Both the position numbers and the translations under genes were made by a program. DNA of 47,107 bases, filler included, from Streblomastix strix (lineage: Eukaryota): the NCBI GenBank assembly GCA_008636045.1. It is 2 parts of 2 records of this genome, joined end to end, with 100 filler letters (N's around TTAATTAATTAA, not from the genome) between each part and the next. Parts side by side here need not be neighbours in the genome. Positions count along the whole stretch, not along the records: positions 23,608 to 47,107 come from SNRW01000278.1; 1 more part is not named here. One strand, written 5' to 3'. This document shows positions 26,860-39,630 of the stretch, one piece after another. Each line of letters starts with the position of its first letter. Position 1 is the first letter of the stretch. The notes below the pieces were generated by a model, which searched no databases, was not told where the DNA came from, and saw only the letters and a program-made list of their open reading frames with translations.

Positions 26860-27253
26860 AGAATCTAAGTAAAATATATTAAATAAAACTGGAGCCAATG
26901 ATTTTAGAATTAAATCGCCTCATACAATTGTTTTATTTGATGATGCAATATCTATTTTCAAAAATAAAACGAGTCCTATTTTCAAGAAATTATTTAAGAA
27001 CAGATAACCTATAATTACTTACTTCCTCTGTTTGCAAGATATTATTGGACTTGATGCAGCAATTAAATCTAATGTTGATTTAATATATTTCTTTGGAGCA
27101 TTTAACAGATAAAAGTTTAATTTATTCTTCTATCAATCTTCAATATCAATTGATAAAGAAGATCTTTGGTAATAATATGTACAACTTGCAAAAAGAGAAG
27201 CTTTGTTTGTAAAATATAATAATGATGAAACTACAATTGAAATTGTAACATGA
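26860..27253 (+). pseudogene. A32/FtsK-HerA-type packaging ATPase, C-terminal half
   Basis: HTIVLFDDAISIF (Walker B), KNRQPIITYFLCLQDIIGLDAAIKSNVDLIYFFG. The N-terminus is missing. Confidence 0.75.
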
Positions 27254-27259
27254 GTATTT

Positions 27260-28036
27260 TCATATTAAATCGTCTTCTGATATAGTATTTTTAATCATTA
27301 ATGTTTTTATTAAATTTTCTAATCTTTAGTCAATAATCCACATTTACTCAATACAGTCATTATCGGTTAATTCAAAAACCATTTTGTCAAAAAATAGAAC
27401 TGCGAATTAGGGATAATTTGCAGTTTTTATACATTAAAAATACTAAAAATTTTATTTTAATTAAAAAAACTCATTAATAATATAAATAGAAATTAATAAA
27501 TTTATTTTAAATCTAAGTTTTTTAAAAAAAATTATTTAAATCTTTTGGCATATTTTTATTTGTTTCAGTTTAATAGAAAGAAATAAAATATTCTATTTGC
27601 AAATTTAATGTAAATTTATCATAAATTGTTATTTTATTTTTAAAAAAATAGAATTTATAAGGATTTTATAAAAATTTACTTCGAATTACTTACTTAGTTA
27701 CTGCGAATTATGTGAAAAAATTTATGCAAAAATTTTAAAAATACGGATCATTTAGATTGAATACTGCGAATTAAATCTACTGTGAATTAACAGATATTTG
27801 AATTAACCGATATTGACTATAGTATCAGATTATTTTTCTAACTTCTATTCTATAGGCCACAATCTCAACGATATTATTCCTTTCAATCTAGTAATTCTAT
27901 AGCATCCTTTTATTTTACATTGCATGTTCAATTTATATGTTGATATCTTCTCCATTTTATCCTTATTCAATGCAAGATTTTACTTAAATTCGTTAAAATT
28001 TTCAAACATAATAGGATCTGGATTAAATTTCTCCAT
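27260..28036 (-). pseudogene. Small PLV conserved hypothetical protein (~100 aa) interrupted by a MITE
   Basis: MEKFNPDPIMFENFNEFK...STYKLNMQCKIKGCYRITRLKG...; removing 27354-27819 and one TA restores ...SDTIEQMWIIDQRLENLI...EDDLI*. Confidence 0.65.
27354..27819. mobile_element. Tc1/pogo(Tigger)-like MITE
   Basis: TIR CAGTCATTATCGGTTAATTCAAA versus reverse complement TAGTCAATATCGGTTAATTCAAA, TA target duplication, internal ACTGCGAATTA repeats. Confidence 0.8.
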
Positions 28037-28735
28037 TATTTATATTTCTGGAATGTTTTCAACAACTGTTTTTAACGGAGTCCTAGAGCGACTACCTGAT
28101 CGACTGTCAAAGATTAAACGTGTCATTTCGTGTCACAGTGTGTCACAATGTTTCTTTTAACGAAAAATACTGCACACTCTATTTTTAATCAATATCTTAG
28201 CTCCAACTCCGATATACAAAGCCATTGTGATTCATCAAGAACATGATTACGAGAGTATCATAAACAGATATTGCATTGTTGATTGTCATTATTTTAAATA
28301 TTTTAAATATTTTTAAATTTACATAATTATATTATAATATTCTACACCTACTAATCAATAATAGAATTAACTCAATTTTAATTAAAAATTTCTAAAAAAA
28401 ACCTACTAAAAAATACTTATTTTCGAGATTTTTTGATAGTATTACTTTTTAAATGTTTTTATATGAATATATATCATGGTAACATATATAGTAAATATAT
28501 ATAGTTAATATATAAATCATATGAATAAATAAAAAGTTATTAAGAAAATTAAAGATATTAAATAAAATTTATATGAACCATAAAATAATTCAAATAGTTA
28601 AAATTTTTTAAATAATAATCCAATTACATTCATTTTATTTTATTTTCATCATCAAATCATATAACCTATTTTTATATATGAAATATAAGATACAACTGAT
28701 TCATTCAATTTACAACATAAAATGAAGAGTGCTAT

Positions 28736-29245
28736 CAGAAGGGAATTATGACGAAGTTGATGGTAAGATTTAGTTTTGCGATAATTTATGAAAAATAATG
28801 GGATAACTAATGAAAATTGGAATATTATTAAATATATCGGTAAAATTGATGAAAATGGAATATGATGGAATTTGATGAAAATAATTATTAATAATTGAAA
28901 TTGAAAATAAATGTGAAAATAATTGTGATAAGTAATTTGAAAATTTTTATTGGAAGAGTAGTGGTGTCGTGGAGCTTGGTGCTCGAGGTGAATTTGGTTT
29001 ATAAATATTTTTATAAAAATGGATTACCATGAGATAATACGTAAGGTAATGTGCATTCGATGAAATAGTGCTTTTTAAGAGAAATGACTGTTGATTGTTG
29101 GTTAAGTAAATGATTTGACTATAGAATTAGTGTTTTGTAAGTTAAAAGATGGTGTAAAAATATTTTTCTTTATGAATTCCTGTGTGTTTCATCGTATGTA
29201 TCGTTATGTTAGTTTGCATTAGAACTTCATCATAATTCCCTTCTG
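28736..29245. mobile_element. 510-bp MITE, 23-bp TIR, 3-bp TAT direct flanks
   Basis: CAGAAGGGAATTATGACGAAGTT ... AACTTCATCATAATTCCCTTCTG, flanked by TAT on both sides. Confidence 0.7.
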
Positions 29246-29294
29246 TATAAAAATGATAATTTATGATGAATTTACTATGAGAATTACAATATCA

Positions 29295-30222
29295 TCATGT
29301 TTTATAGTGTTTTTCATTAATCTCATTAATAATCACTTGGTTATCATCATCTTCAACATACTATTCTAGCTCAGCTATTTTATCTTCCTTAATCTTATAC
29401 AATCTAATATTTTTCTTCATAACATGTTGACGTATAGTTTCACAGTTCTTATGAATTTATAATCTGAAATTAGCTAGCTTAATAGAATCTGGACAATATC
29501 GTATTGCTTCATCACATAACCAACTAACTTTTAATTATTTGTAATATTAGATACAGAATCTATCAATGTCAGTTAATGATACTTCGATAATTTCCTTTTT
29601 AGCCTCAGTCATTGGAATGATTCTAGCGTCAAACTATGAAATATCTAATTTATGAAAGTAAGTTATGAGATTATCATAGAAACCTTCTTGATTTATGTGT
29701 TGAAATAGATTGTTGAAATATTAAGTATTCTTCGTATATTTAGAATCACATTAACATACTAAGTATCTTCTGTCATCTTGATCTAAGTGAACAGGATCTA
29801 AATGATTGGATACTAAGATGAAATTTAATAAGTTCTTTTCAACACGTGAACTATAGAATTTAGTACGAATTTCTAATGTTGGATCTGTTATCAATGATTT
29901 TAGCTTATCAACTTCATGACCAATAGAAGAATTGAATGTTGTGAGCTCATTTAGCACTATAAATACTTTATTACTCAAAATAGAATTGAATTAGCCAGTC
30001 ACTGATGTTTATGAAGTAATATTTCTTAATGAATATCCAGATACTAACTCAGACAGTACATCAGTAAAAGTATTTTTACCACAGCTTTATCTACCTCTTA
30101 AGATCATTGATACACGTGTCTGTTATTCTGGATGTTATATTATTAATGCAAACCATTTCAAAATGTATTCATAAACAGTTGTATCATTGGAAGATATTAC
30201 CTATTTTATATGATTAGGATGA
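29295..30222 (-). pseudogene. D5-like SF3 helicase (primase-helicase C-terminal part; 5' truncated)
   Basis: YEYILKWFALIIQHPE...LRGRQSCGKNTFTD (Walker A), FIVLNE (Walker B), KLKSLITD, NFILVSNH, DDRRYLV. Confidence 0.88.
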
Positions 30223-30499
30223 AGGTCTGGAAGTTTAAGATTCTCTTAACAGACCCAATTTCGTCGCTTGTTTTTTTGCAGCTTATTGAGTGAGCACAAA
30301 CATTTTGACCTAAAAGCTCCAGAAGGGGGCGCTGCAGCCACGATGCGTGGACCTCAATGATTACCTGAAGTTTCTTAAAAGTAGCTTCAGTCTTCTTTTT
30401 GTTGTATAAAGAATGTAAATAAATTATGATAATAATTAATATCTTAATTATTGCATACTTCTTTAAAATTTTAATAATATCCTTTATAAATTGAATTAT

Positions 30500-31383
30500 A
30501 TTTTAATATACTAAATAATTTATATAACTTGGATGCAATGCTGACTTGATAACAGAACTACATGCGGAACCACTTACTGAATCAGGAATGAAGAACTTAG
30601 TATGTCACATCAAACCTGTTATCATTAGCTTAAAAAATTATGTCATTACCAATGTAAAAACTAACATGGCAGGTTATTAAGCTACTAATGCATGCTTTAA
30701 ACGAGTCCGTTAATTCTAAAGTAAACGTCCATTTGCTGTTTTTGCACAGTGAGTAGAAATCTGGCCAATTTTAATATTTGTTACATTAACTGGAATATGA
30801 ACATTTTAAAATACTCCCCTGTCTCTTTCAACGGATTTCTGCCTTTTGTTTCCTAAAGATACTAGAGCTACGACTTACTTTGAAAATCCTTGCTATTAAA
30901 ACATGAAAATAACCACTTATGGTCGTAACTTTCCAGATATATCTATGAATACTCTTGACTAGTAATTCTTCTAATTACTGTTGAACGCGAGCAATTTAGA
31001 CCTATTATTCGAAACCACTGTTGAATTTGAAGATGCATTAACAACGCCAAGAAATACAGCTACTAGAATACATAATCTACACACTGATTTAACAAGCTAT
31101 TTAATAACTCTTTAATGTGAAAGAAACAGCCATGGAGCATTAACTTTCGTTGGCTTAGACACTCAGAACTAAAACACATCTGATGTACTCAGAGGAGCAT
31201 AAATATCTCAAGGAGCAACAGATTCATATTATAATGTTGATACCAGTGGAAAGAGACCACCGCCTCCAAACTCTGTGTACAGTTCATGAGATATATTAGT
31301 TGTTTTCGCCAACAGCGGGCGGAAGCTGCATATATAATACTAACCATTCATTTGATGAAGTTATTGGACCACTAAGTTCTTGA
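30500..31383 (+). pseudogene. Second PLV major capsid protein, C-terminal half
   Basis: ...DFCLLFPKDTRATTYFENPCYQNMKITTYGRNFPD...LITLQCERNSHGALTFVGLDT...KRPPPP..., with in-frame TGA at 30750 and 30798 and a frameshift. MCP identity is from recall of metamonad Maverick/PLV proteins. Confidence 0.6.
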
Positions 31384-32095
31384 AATAATTGAATATCTTT
31401 TGATTTGTATTTATAACTATCAGCCTAAACATTATTAATAACGTTAATTAAATAGATCATTAGTTATATTAATTATTTTTTATTTATTTTATAATAAATG
31501 ACTTCAAATATGACTTCAGCATAAAACTTAAAATATTATATTTTAACACAAAATGATGGAATTGTAATCGGAGAAAATGGTTAAAATGGAATTGGTTTTG
31601 CATAACCATACACGTTAGGAAATTCTAATAATTAAAGAAAAATAATATTTTGCTAATGTCATTGTTCAAACTAAGGCACTAACGAGAACATAAGCGTTCA
31701 TAGTTCAATGGTTCAAGAAGAAGAATATTTCGATTAGTTTGTTGGATATTGTAATGAATAACGAGTTTATAAGCCTTTCAACTAATACAACCATAACAGA
31801 TATTTATATGTATGGTTCTGCTAAAATTAAGAATTATTTTATATAAATTAATTGTTAAAATTTGCTCTCGAGTTGTTGTTAGAATATTGATGAGAATTAG
31901 CCCGTGATGTTTAGCTGGGCTCATTGACTCGTATATTTTTGTTCAAATCATCGGGCTGCGCTAGGGGGAGAAAATGGAGGTAGATTATTTTGAGTCTGGC
32001 GGATATCCGCCGCACCAGCTAATATTCAAACAAATATGATTTTAAAATTAATCGTTTTATTTATATATAAATTCAACTTTTTAACAATATATAAA

Positions 32096-32959
32096 ATGGA
32101 AGCACAAGTAGCAACAACACAACAAATTAGATCAAACAATGAAACTTTCACTACTGGTTCTTATATGAAGTTTGAAATAATAATTCGTGACAAAGATGGA
32201 TATATTAATGCAACAAATTTAGTTTAATAAATCAATGAACAGGAACATATAAATAAATACTTTAAAAAAATTACAACAACTACAATGTATTGTGAAAACA
32301 AACAATTTGTAATAGCAAGAAGTACTGTGCCCTTTTAGGTCCAACCCTCTCTTGAGTATTAACTAGGGAATGAGTTTATAAATGATGTAAGAGGAATGTA
32401 TATTCATAAAGATTTAATAAACATAATATTTATGAAAACATCAATAAAATATTTATATCTTGTTAATTAGAAAATGGATGTATTTAATGAACGTATATAA
32501 GTCGAATTCTAAGCTCAAGACGATTAGACATCCTTGGCTGATTTTGCAAACGTAAAAGTTTAAATAATAATTGAAGAATAAAAAGTGGTAACAAATTAAA
32601 AAGATAACAAATTAAAACAATTGAAACCAAGAGTGGTACAACAGGGCAAAGAAAATACTTATGTTCTAGCCGTTTAATTTTTAGGGGTTGATGATAAAAA
32701 TAATACAATATTAAAAGTTCGAAGAAGAAATAAGAAATAGAATAGTCGTAAATTGATGTAAGACATAAAGGACGCTTTGTTGTACTATGACTAGGAATGT
32801 ATTGCTATGACCAAAAATGAGGCCATTAAAGAATATTTAAACAAAAATATCGATGATATTTAATTTAAAAGAACCAAATATATATTCAATGAAGATTTAA
32901 CTGATGATGTTATAAATAAAATAAAAGAATATATGAATACACTACTTGAATACAAATGA
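32096..32959 (+). pseudogene. KilA-N domain protein
   Basis: IIIRDKDGYINATNLV ... VRGMYIHKDLI (KilA-N signature motifs), then a coiled coil; frameshift in the 3' part. Confidence 0.8.
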
Positions 32960-32993
32960 AAAACATTATTTATTTTATTTTTGCAGAAATTAA

Positions 32994-33365
32994 ATGGAAA
33001 AAATTTTGTTCAACAATAGAAAAAGTAATTAATTTTCATCAAAATTATAATTATAATAAGATGAGTTGGAAGAAATTCCATTCAACGAGAGAGTCAAAGG
33101 ATGGACTTATGGACATATTAACGAAGCTAAATGTTTTGTGAGCTTAAACAATTTCAAATAATTTATTTTCTAAAATCAATAAAAATTAACTAAACTAATG
33201 ACGTAAAAATTAAATTAACTATATAAATTGGAAGGTTATAAATTATCAAAAATAGAAGGTCAAGTATGAATGAGAACTTATGCCAAAGATTTTTTGAACA
33301 GGATTGAATTAAAATTAGTCAAATTTTTGGATGTTCTGAATCATTTAGTAGAAGCGCTTAAATGA
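32994..33365 (+). pseudogene. Small PLV hypothetical protein homologous to 27260-28036
   Basis: ...NNFKQFI...TQKLNQLYKLEGYKLSKIEGQV matches NEFKQ...TYKLNMQCKIKGCYRITRLKG. Frameshift and TGA present. Confidence 0.55.
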
Positions 33366-33486
33366 ATGTCTTAAATGTGGTCAGGGTGCCCATACTCAAA
33401 GTGTATTTTTAAGTCATTTTAAAAATTAGCTATCAATGTGCCAATCTGCCAACAAGTAAGAATCATTAATGTTGAACTTAAACGTT

Positions 33487-34230
33487 TCAAATTATTTTAA
33501 TAACTGATCCACTCATTTCATACTACACCATTAATGCATATTATTTAGTTAGTTGTACATATTCATACCATATTGTTTCTTCATCTGATGGTAACGAAGA
33601 TTAATAGAAAAAATAATTAAATTTTAATTTATTAAATGAACCGAAGAACTATAATAAATCAAGATCTGAATTAATAGCAGCATCTAAACCAATTCAGCCC
33701 TACAAACAAATGAAGTATGTTATTCCGGACTATCCGTTCTTAGATAGTTTTTTAAATAATGGATTATTTTCATTTTTAAACATACCCATTGCATCTTCAA
33801 ATAAAACAATTGTATAAGGAAATTTAACGTAAAAATTGCCTTCACCACTTGCTCCAAACATATTGGTTAATATATCATTTTTTGATTGTTCCGTTGGTTC
33901 TTTTATAAATATTTTTCTTAAATTTCTTCATACGCTTATTTGCATTCAATCAAATCATTCAGCACTTAATCTGCTTCAGCGCATGGAACAAATTTTGTAG
34001 GAATTTTAATTAAATCCTTCATCTTTTTAATTGTAAAATCATTATTTGAGTTGCTGACGTATATGAATGCGGTTAACAATGTTTATTTAATTGGCTTAAT
34101 TTAAATAACTCTTTCAAGGCTTTGTATATCTTACAACTACCACGCCAACCTATCAATAAATTTATAGATTTATATGTAAAATTTAATTCTTTATGAATAA
34201 TTGTTTAAATTTCGTGCTTATTCACTTTTA
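33487..34230 (-). pseudogene. Second packaging ATPase (decayed, near full length)
   Basis: Degenerate Walker A NLLIGWRGSCKI (~34126-34165), TIVLFEDAMGMFKN, ITYFICLQ...GLDAAINSDLD. Clearly paralogous to 26860-27253. Confidence 0.75.
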
Positions 34231-34624
34231 TTTCTTTTAATATTTTATTAATTTTTTATATTAAACTCGCTATTTTTATTTAATAAAACATATTTTTTAT
34301 CATTAAGAAATAATATGTCAGAACTTGATTTAAAATAAATTGAAAAGGAATCAACGGAAGAATTTGAAGCAGAAAAAAGCTAATAAGGCTCAGGTGGTAG
34401 TGGTGCAGGTGGTTTAATGGAAGTTGATGGAATGGAAGATGATTATGATTATTATGAATCACAACCTGCGAGATAGGACAGGATGAGATCACGAGCAAAA
34501 CGGTTTCGTAGGCTGCCGTTCCATCCCAGTATGATTCAAAGAACAAGAAAGCATGCAGGCCCATAATTTAGAGATGAAGCGGGGTATGTTCTTGCTACGC
34601 TCGTTAGTTATTTGAAAAGAGATA

Positions 34625-37600
34625 TGAGTTCAGCTAATATAATTCATACTCATGTACGATTAGGGAACTTCATCCAACAATAATTATTCCATGATTTGTT
34701 TCATTTATATTTTAATTGGAAAGTATATTGTTTTATGCTTTCCTGATCGAGATCAAAAATATTATTTTTTTACTAAAATTTTTCACCACAAACATTAAAT
34801 ATTTTGTATGAATAAATATTTTTTGTTATTCAAATTATAATTATTTATGTATAATTTTAATTTTTATTGTATTTTATACAAATTCCAAGTCACAAATGCT
34901 GCTCAATTAAAGAATACAAAATTCCAAACGTTTATATTTTAAATTTTTACCTTCTGTATAATTTCTTTAAATAAATAAATTATTTTTATTATAATAAAAT
35001 AATTTTCTGGTTTGATGAAAAGTTAATTAAGCTAAAACAAAAGCATCAATTAATTTAGCTAAAAACTTACAATTAAAAGTTGTACAATCATGAAATTATA
35101 TTTGTTTATATTTTAATTAATATGTTCACTTATTTAATATTTAAATATATACAACTATATCAAAGATAAACTTCACACATTAAAAAATTGAGATTCTATT
35201 CAAACTACTATAAAACTATAAAGGCTTCTAAATAATTTTAACATTCTTTATTTTAATCATTTCTATATATTTAAATTACTTTTATATTGTTTATTACTTA
35301 TTATCCTGATCAATGACTCCTCTATCAGCAGTAGCATTCAAATTCCTATCAGCTTCAACGCCACTTTAAGGTATTTGCTCACTGTTATACCGTGCATAAT
35401 TGTTGCTACATTTGTGATGATTGAGATATCAGTGCATTGTTGTATGGAGATGTGTAGATAAATGAAGGCGGTGGCGGAATAAGAAGGTGGCCCAGTGGAT
35501 ACCTGCGAATGTAGATGGATTAATGTAAAAAATAAATGAATAATTGATATATGAATTGATATTTATAAAATTATTAAAAATATTGTTTAATTTTTAGGTT
35601 ATTTCTAACCTCCATTCATAGCAATGATTTCATCGAATGGTATGAGATACATTTGACCTGTACAAAACGAAATTAAATAAAAATATTTGATACAACAAAA
35701 AAAATTTATATATAAATGATCTCTTATTAAAATTATACTAAAATATAATATTTACTCACCTTTGAATTTTTCTTCATTTACAAGAAGCCTCGCTGTATCT
35801 TCATGCGTACAAACAACGCTGCCTTTTCCAAGAGAAAGAATGTTGTAATCTGAATAATGCATAAACCAGTAGGATAATAAATTATTGTGGTGAAAATAAA
35901 TTAATGTGATGAAAATAATTAAATGAGTTTAATATTAAATTAATATTTAAATATAATAATAATAATTTAATATTAAATATATAAATTTAATTTTCAAACT
36001 TAATTTCAATTGTACTTCAACAAGAATTGGGATAATTGCATACTGCAAATTATTTGTTAAGTATTAGCTTTATAATTAAAAATAAATATAATAGCAAAAT
36101 AATATATATTTCATTAATTTAAATAAAAATAAAATTAAAATATTAGAAAATAAAATTACTTACTCAAATTCAATATCTTTTGCACCTATACAATAATTCT
36201 TAAAGATTTTCTTCTTTTATTTTTCTTTCCCTTTCTCTTTTCCTAAATATTTATGCTTCTCCTTTTCATCTTCTATTTTATATTCATTTTTTTTATTATT
36301 TTTATCATCTGCATTTTCACGAGATTATTCAACATATTTTTATAACTCTTTTTGATTGTCTTTTTATTTATCTTTCAAAATCAACTTTTTCTGATCATTT
36401 TTTTTATCTAATTCTTTTAAATTCAGACACTATTCGTTTTCTTTGGGGGATTGCTTTTGTACCTGAAATATCATTGCTAAGAATACAAATCTAATAAAAT
36501 ATATATAAAAAAAATATTAATAGTAAATAATTAGAATATTTATTTATTTTCTAAATTGAGATCTTTAATTTAAATGTATTAATTTATTTATTGAAAAAGA
36601 ATCATACTTTCTCATCGGCGATACTGAAGACTGTATCCAAGTGCTTTCGATCCATATGACAACCAGTTCTATTAATTAAATAAGTATAAAGAGAATGAAT
36701 ATAATAAATAGTTTAAAGTGCAATAAATGAATAAAAAAACGTTTTAATTCAAATAATTTACAATTCAAAGGTAAATTTATTATATTTACCTATCTTCAAC
36801 AACAACGACATTTTCTGTTCCAAATAGATCGTGTTTCAACATATATTCTGTTGTAATATTAAACATTAGTAAAATAAATAATATGATAAAAAAAACAATT
36901 AAAAACATGTAAGTTAATAAATTTCGACAATTAATATAAAATACCAATTGCTTTCTTATTTGTACGTAATCCACAACCAATGAATTAATGATCACATTTT
37001 AATTGATAAACAAAATAAAATAAATAAATTAAATTAATATTCAGTCTGCAATAAATAAAATAATACCTGTAGGAAGGAAATATCCGCCTTCAAGACAAAG
37101 AAGATCTTAATTAGAATATATATAAGTATAAAAAATTAATATAAATAAATAATATTTAATTTGAATCATTTTTCATTAAAAATTTATATAATATAAATTT
37201 AATTTTCTGTTAGTTAACATAAGTAAAATTATTAAACATTAACCGTTAACCTTTGGTAATCTATGTATAAATGGTATATTCAACTTCCTTAAGACAAATT
37301 CCCTTACCTGCGATTCTATTTCCTATAGTAATAATAATTGTTATATAAATAAATATAAATAAATATTAGTAATAAATAAAAATAAATATTAGTAATTAAT
37401 ATAAATAAATAAAATTAATAATATACTCTTTATCTCTTTTGCATAGATCCAATCACAACTCATTTTCTCGTAATTATTTGCTGATCTCTGAAAAAAAAAT
37501 AAATTAAACATAAGTATAAATAATATATTTATTGAAATTAATAAATAATATTAAATGAGAAAATTATAATTCATTTTTTTATTTATTCTTATAATTAATA

Positions 37601-38603
37601 TAAACTTGCATAAAGTCATGTTAGTAAATGGTTTCATCTTAGCAGTACTCGATTCAATTTCTTCTTCTTCACCCTGATGCATTATATTATGAATACAAAT
37701 ATAAATGAAAGCAAATAAATAAAAAAAAATGAAAAAGAATATAAAATAAATTAAACAAAAAAGTTAAAAAATGCATAAAAAAATATAATAAATATAATTA
37801 AGAATTAAATAAATTTAAATCAAACTCATTTTCTTTAATAAACTTATATATACTTTTCTTTTCTATATAATTACAGACGGTTGAGAAAGAATCTCATCTA
37901 CAAGTTGTTCTTCTGTCAATTTATTTAATCCTGCTTCCTGAATTAAATTAAAAAAACATATTAAATATATTAAATTTCCGCTAATTAAACAAACATTTGT
38001 ATAATTCAATTAATATATAATAAATAACCTTAAAATTTGACTACAACATTAAGTTGTCTTCTTCTCTCAATTCATTTGCTTTAATTTCGTTGTCTAATTT
38101 ATATTGTATTGATTTCTGTGCAAGTTATTCTAATTCATATATTTGGCGATAGTTTAAGTTGAATAATTTGAAGCGTGTGCTGCAAGTCAATTAATTATTC
38201 CTTAAATTAGAAAATAAGTTAAAAGTACTTATTTTAATTTTATAAATATAATGATTTTATAATAAATTTATATTAATACTAGAAATGACTGGAATTTTGT
38301 GTAACTCATTAGCAAATTATTTTGTGAGATGGTTTTTGTATTACATCTAATATTAAATAAAAAATTGTATATTAATGCTGATATTGAACTACAAAAAATT
38401 ATTTATTCATACAAAATATTTAATGATTATTGAGAAAATTTTTAGTAAAAAATAATTTTTATGATCTCGATCAAGAAAGCATAAAATAATATATTTTCTA
38501 ATTAAAATTTAAATGAAACAAATCATGGAATAATAATTGTTGGATGAAGATCCCTAATCGCACAAGAGTCTGTGAAAAGTATGATTGAAATTAGCTGAAC
38601 TCA
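34625..38603. mobile_element. ~4-kb DNA transposon with ~200-bp imperfect TIRs carrying an intron-rich gene
   Basis: 34625-~34835 is the diverged reverse complement of ~38385-38603. Termini TGAGTTCAGCTAAT/ATTAGCTGAACTCA with 3-bp ATA direct flanks. Confidence 0.85.
35300..38200 (-). pseudogene. Multi-exon (about 12 short exons) cargo gene of unknown function inside the TIR element
   Basis: Alternating GC-richer exon-like blocks (EAGLNKLTEEQLVDEILSQP; GEEEEIESSTAK; FNITTEYMLKHDLFGTENVVVVEDR; YNILSLGKGSVVCTHEDTARLL) with minus-strand GT/AG boundaries. Some TGAs are present. Confidence 0.55.
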
Positions 38604-39630
38604 ATATTAAGAAAATTGATAGATTATCGTCTGCCGTCAGTGCTCGAAAATATATATAATATAAATATTTGGGCAAAAGATTTGTTTATCAGAATAATAC
38701 TTAGATGATAATGTAGCAACACCAAATAATGTGGTTGTTTATGATAAGAAAAAGAATGCAGTTTATTCGATCTATAGTTTTTCAAAAGCTGTAGGATTTG
38801 AAGACTAAGAATATTAACATAAAAGAAATTGGATGAAATAATATTATGCAGATGTTAATGATTTAGAACAAATATCTTTGGCAGCAAAATTAAAATAATA
38901 AGGAATAAATGGTAGTCCCTATATGAAATAGCTATCAATGACTAAGCCGCATAAAGTAAGGGAAATAAAACTACATAGTTTCAGAGCACTTACAGTCGAA
39001 GCAAAAAAAATAAACGACCAAAATGGAGGCGCAAATTTGCTAATGGCTATAAAATAACAAATAATGGCATCTGTTTTGAACTTTGTATTTATTATTCCTG
39101 CTATAAATATTTTAGAAAGATAGGACGGAAAAATAGATATATATAACAGAAGCAATAAAGTACTTGTATAAAAAGGAGATTACGAATATAATCCAATTGC
39201 TAAAAGAGTTTATAAGAAAGAACTGCCTACAGTTATTGCTCAATTACATGCTGATTAGCAGATTAATAATAAGATTGGATAATCTTTTACTCAAGCTATG
39301 CAATATTTTGGTCAAATTCTATCGTAGAGATAACAATAAATAAGTGGTTATGACTTAGCTAAATACAAATTTGTTTAAAATAAACAATGATTTAGTAGAT
39401 TTATTTTTATTTAATTTTTATTCAAACTGGCAGAATGGCGGATCGACTGGCATTTTTTATAGAACCCATTTTACTCGGAACAGTCGGAACACTCGGAACA
39501 GTCAAAAGTCATTCATAAACGATTCCATTTACACGTGCTAAAATAATGCTTTTCGTTGTTGTTTTATGACTCAATCCAACCAATAATCCAATTTATTTAT
39601 GTAATTATTTTTTATTTTTATTTTTAATAA

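Larger units (their letters stand above)
34315..39390 (+). pseudogene. PLV gene (acidic N-terminus, GG linker, Arg-rich patch; candidate core protein) split by a 4-kb TIR element
   Basis: MSELDLKQIEKE...GSGGSGAGGLMEVD...RMRSRAKRFRRLP...LKRD; the empty site restores KRDIKKIDRLSS and the gene continues to TGA 39388 with one frameshift. Confidence 0.65.

Noticed and set aside
30224..30400. GC-richer island between the helicase and the capsid
   Set aside because: No convincing reading frame or RNA structure recognised.
31498..31930. Minor capsid (penton) gene downstream of the MCP
   Set aside because: An ORF exists and the position is suggestive, but I recognise no motif; structure prediction is needed.
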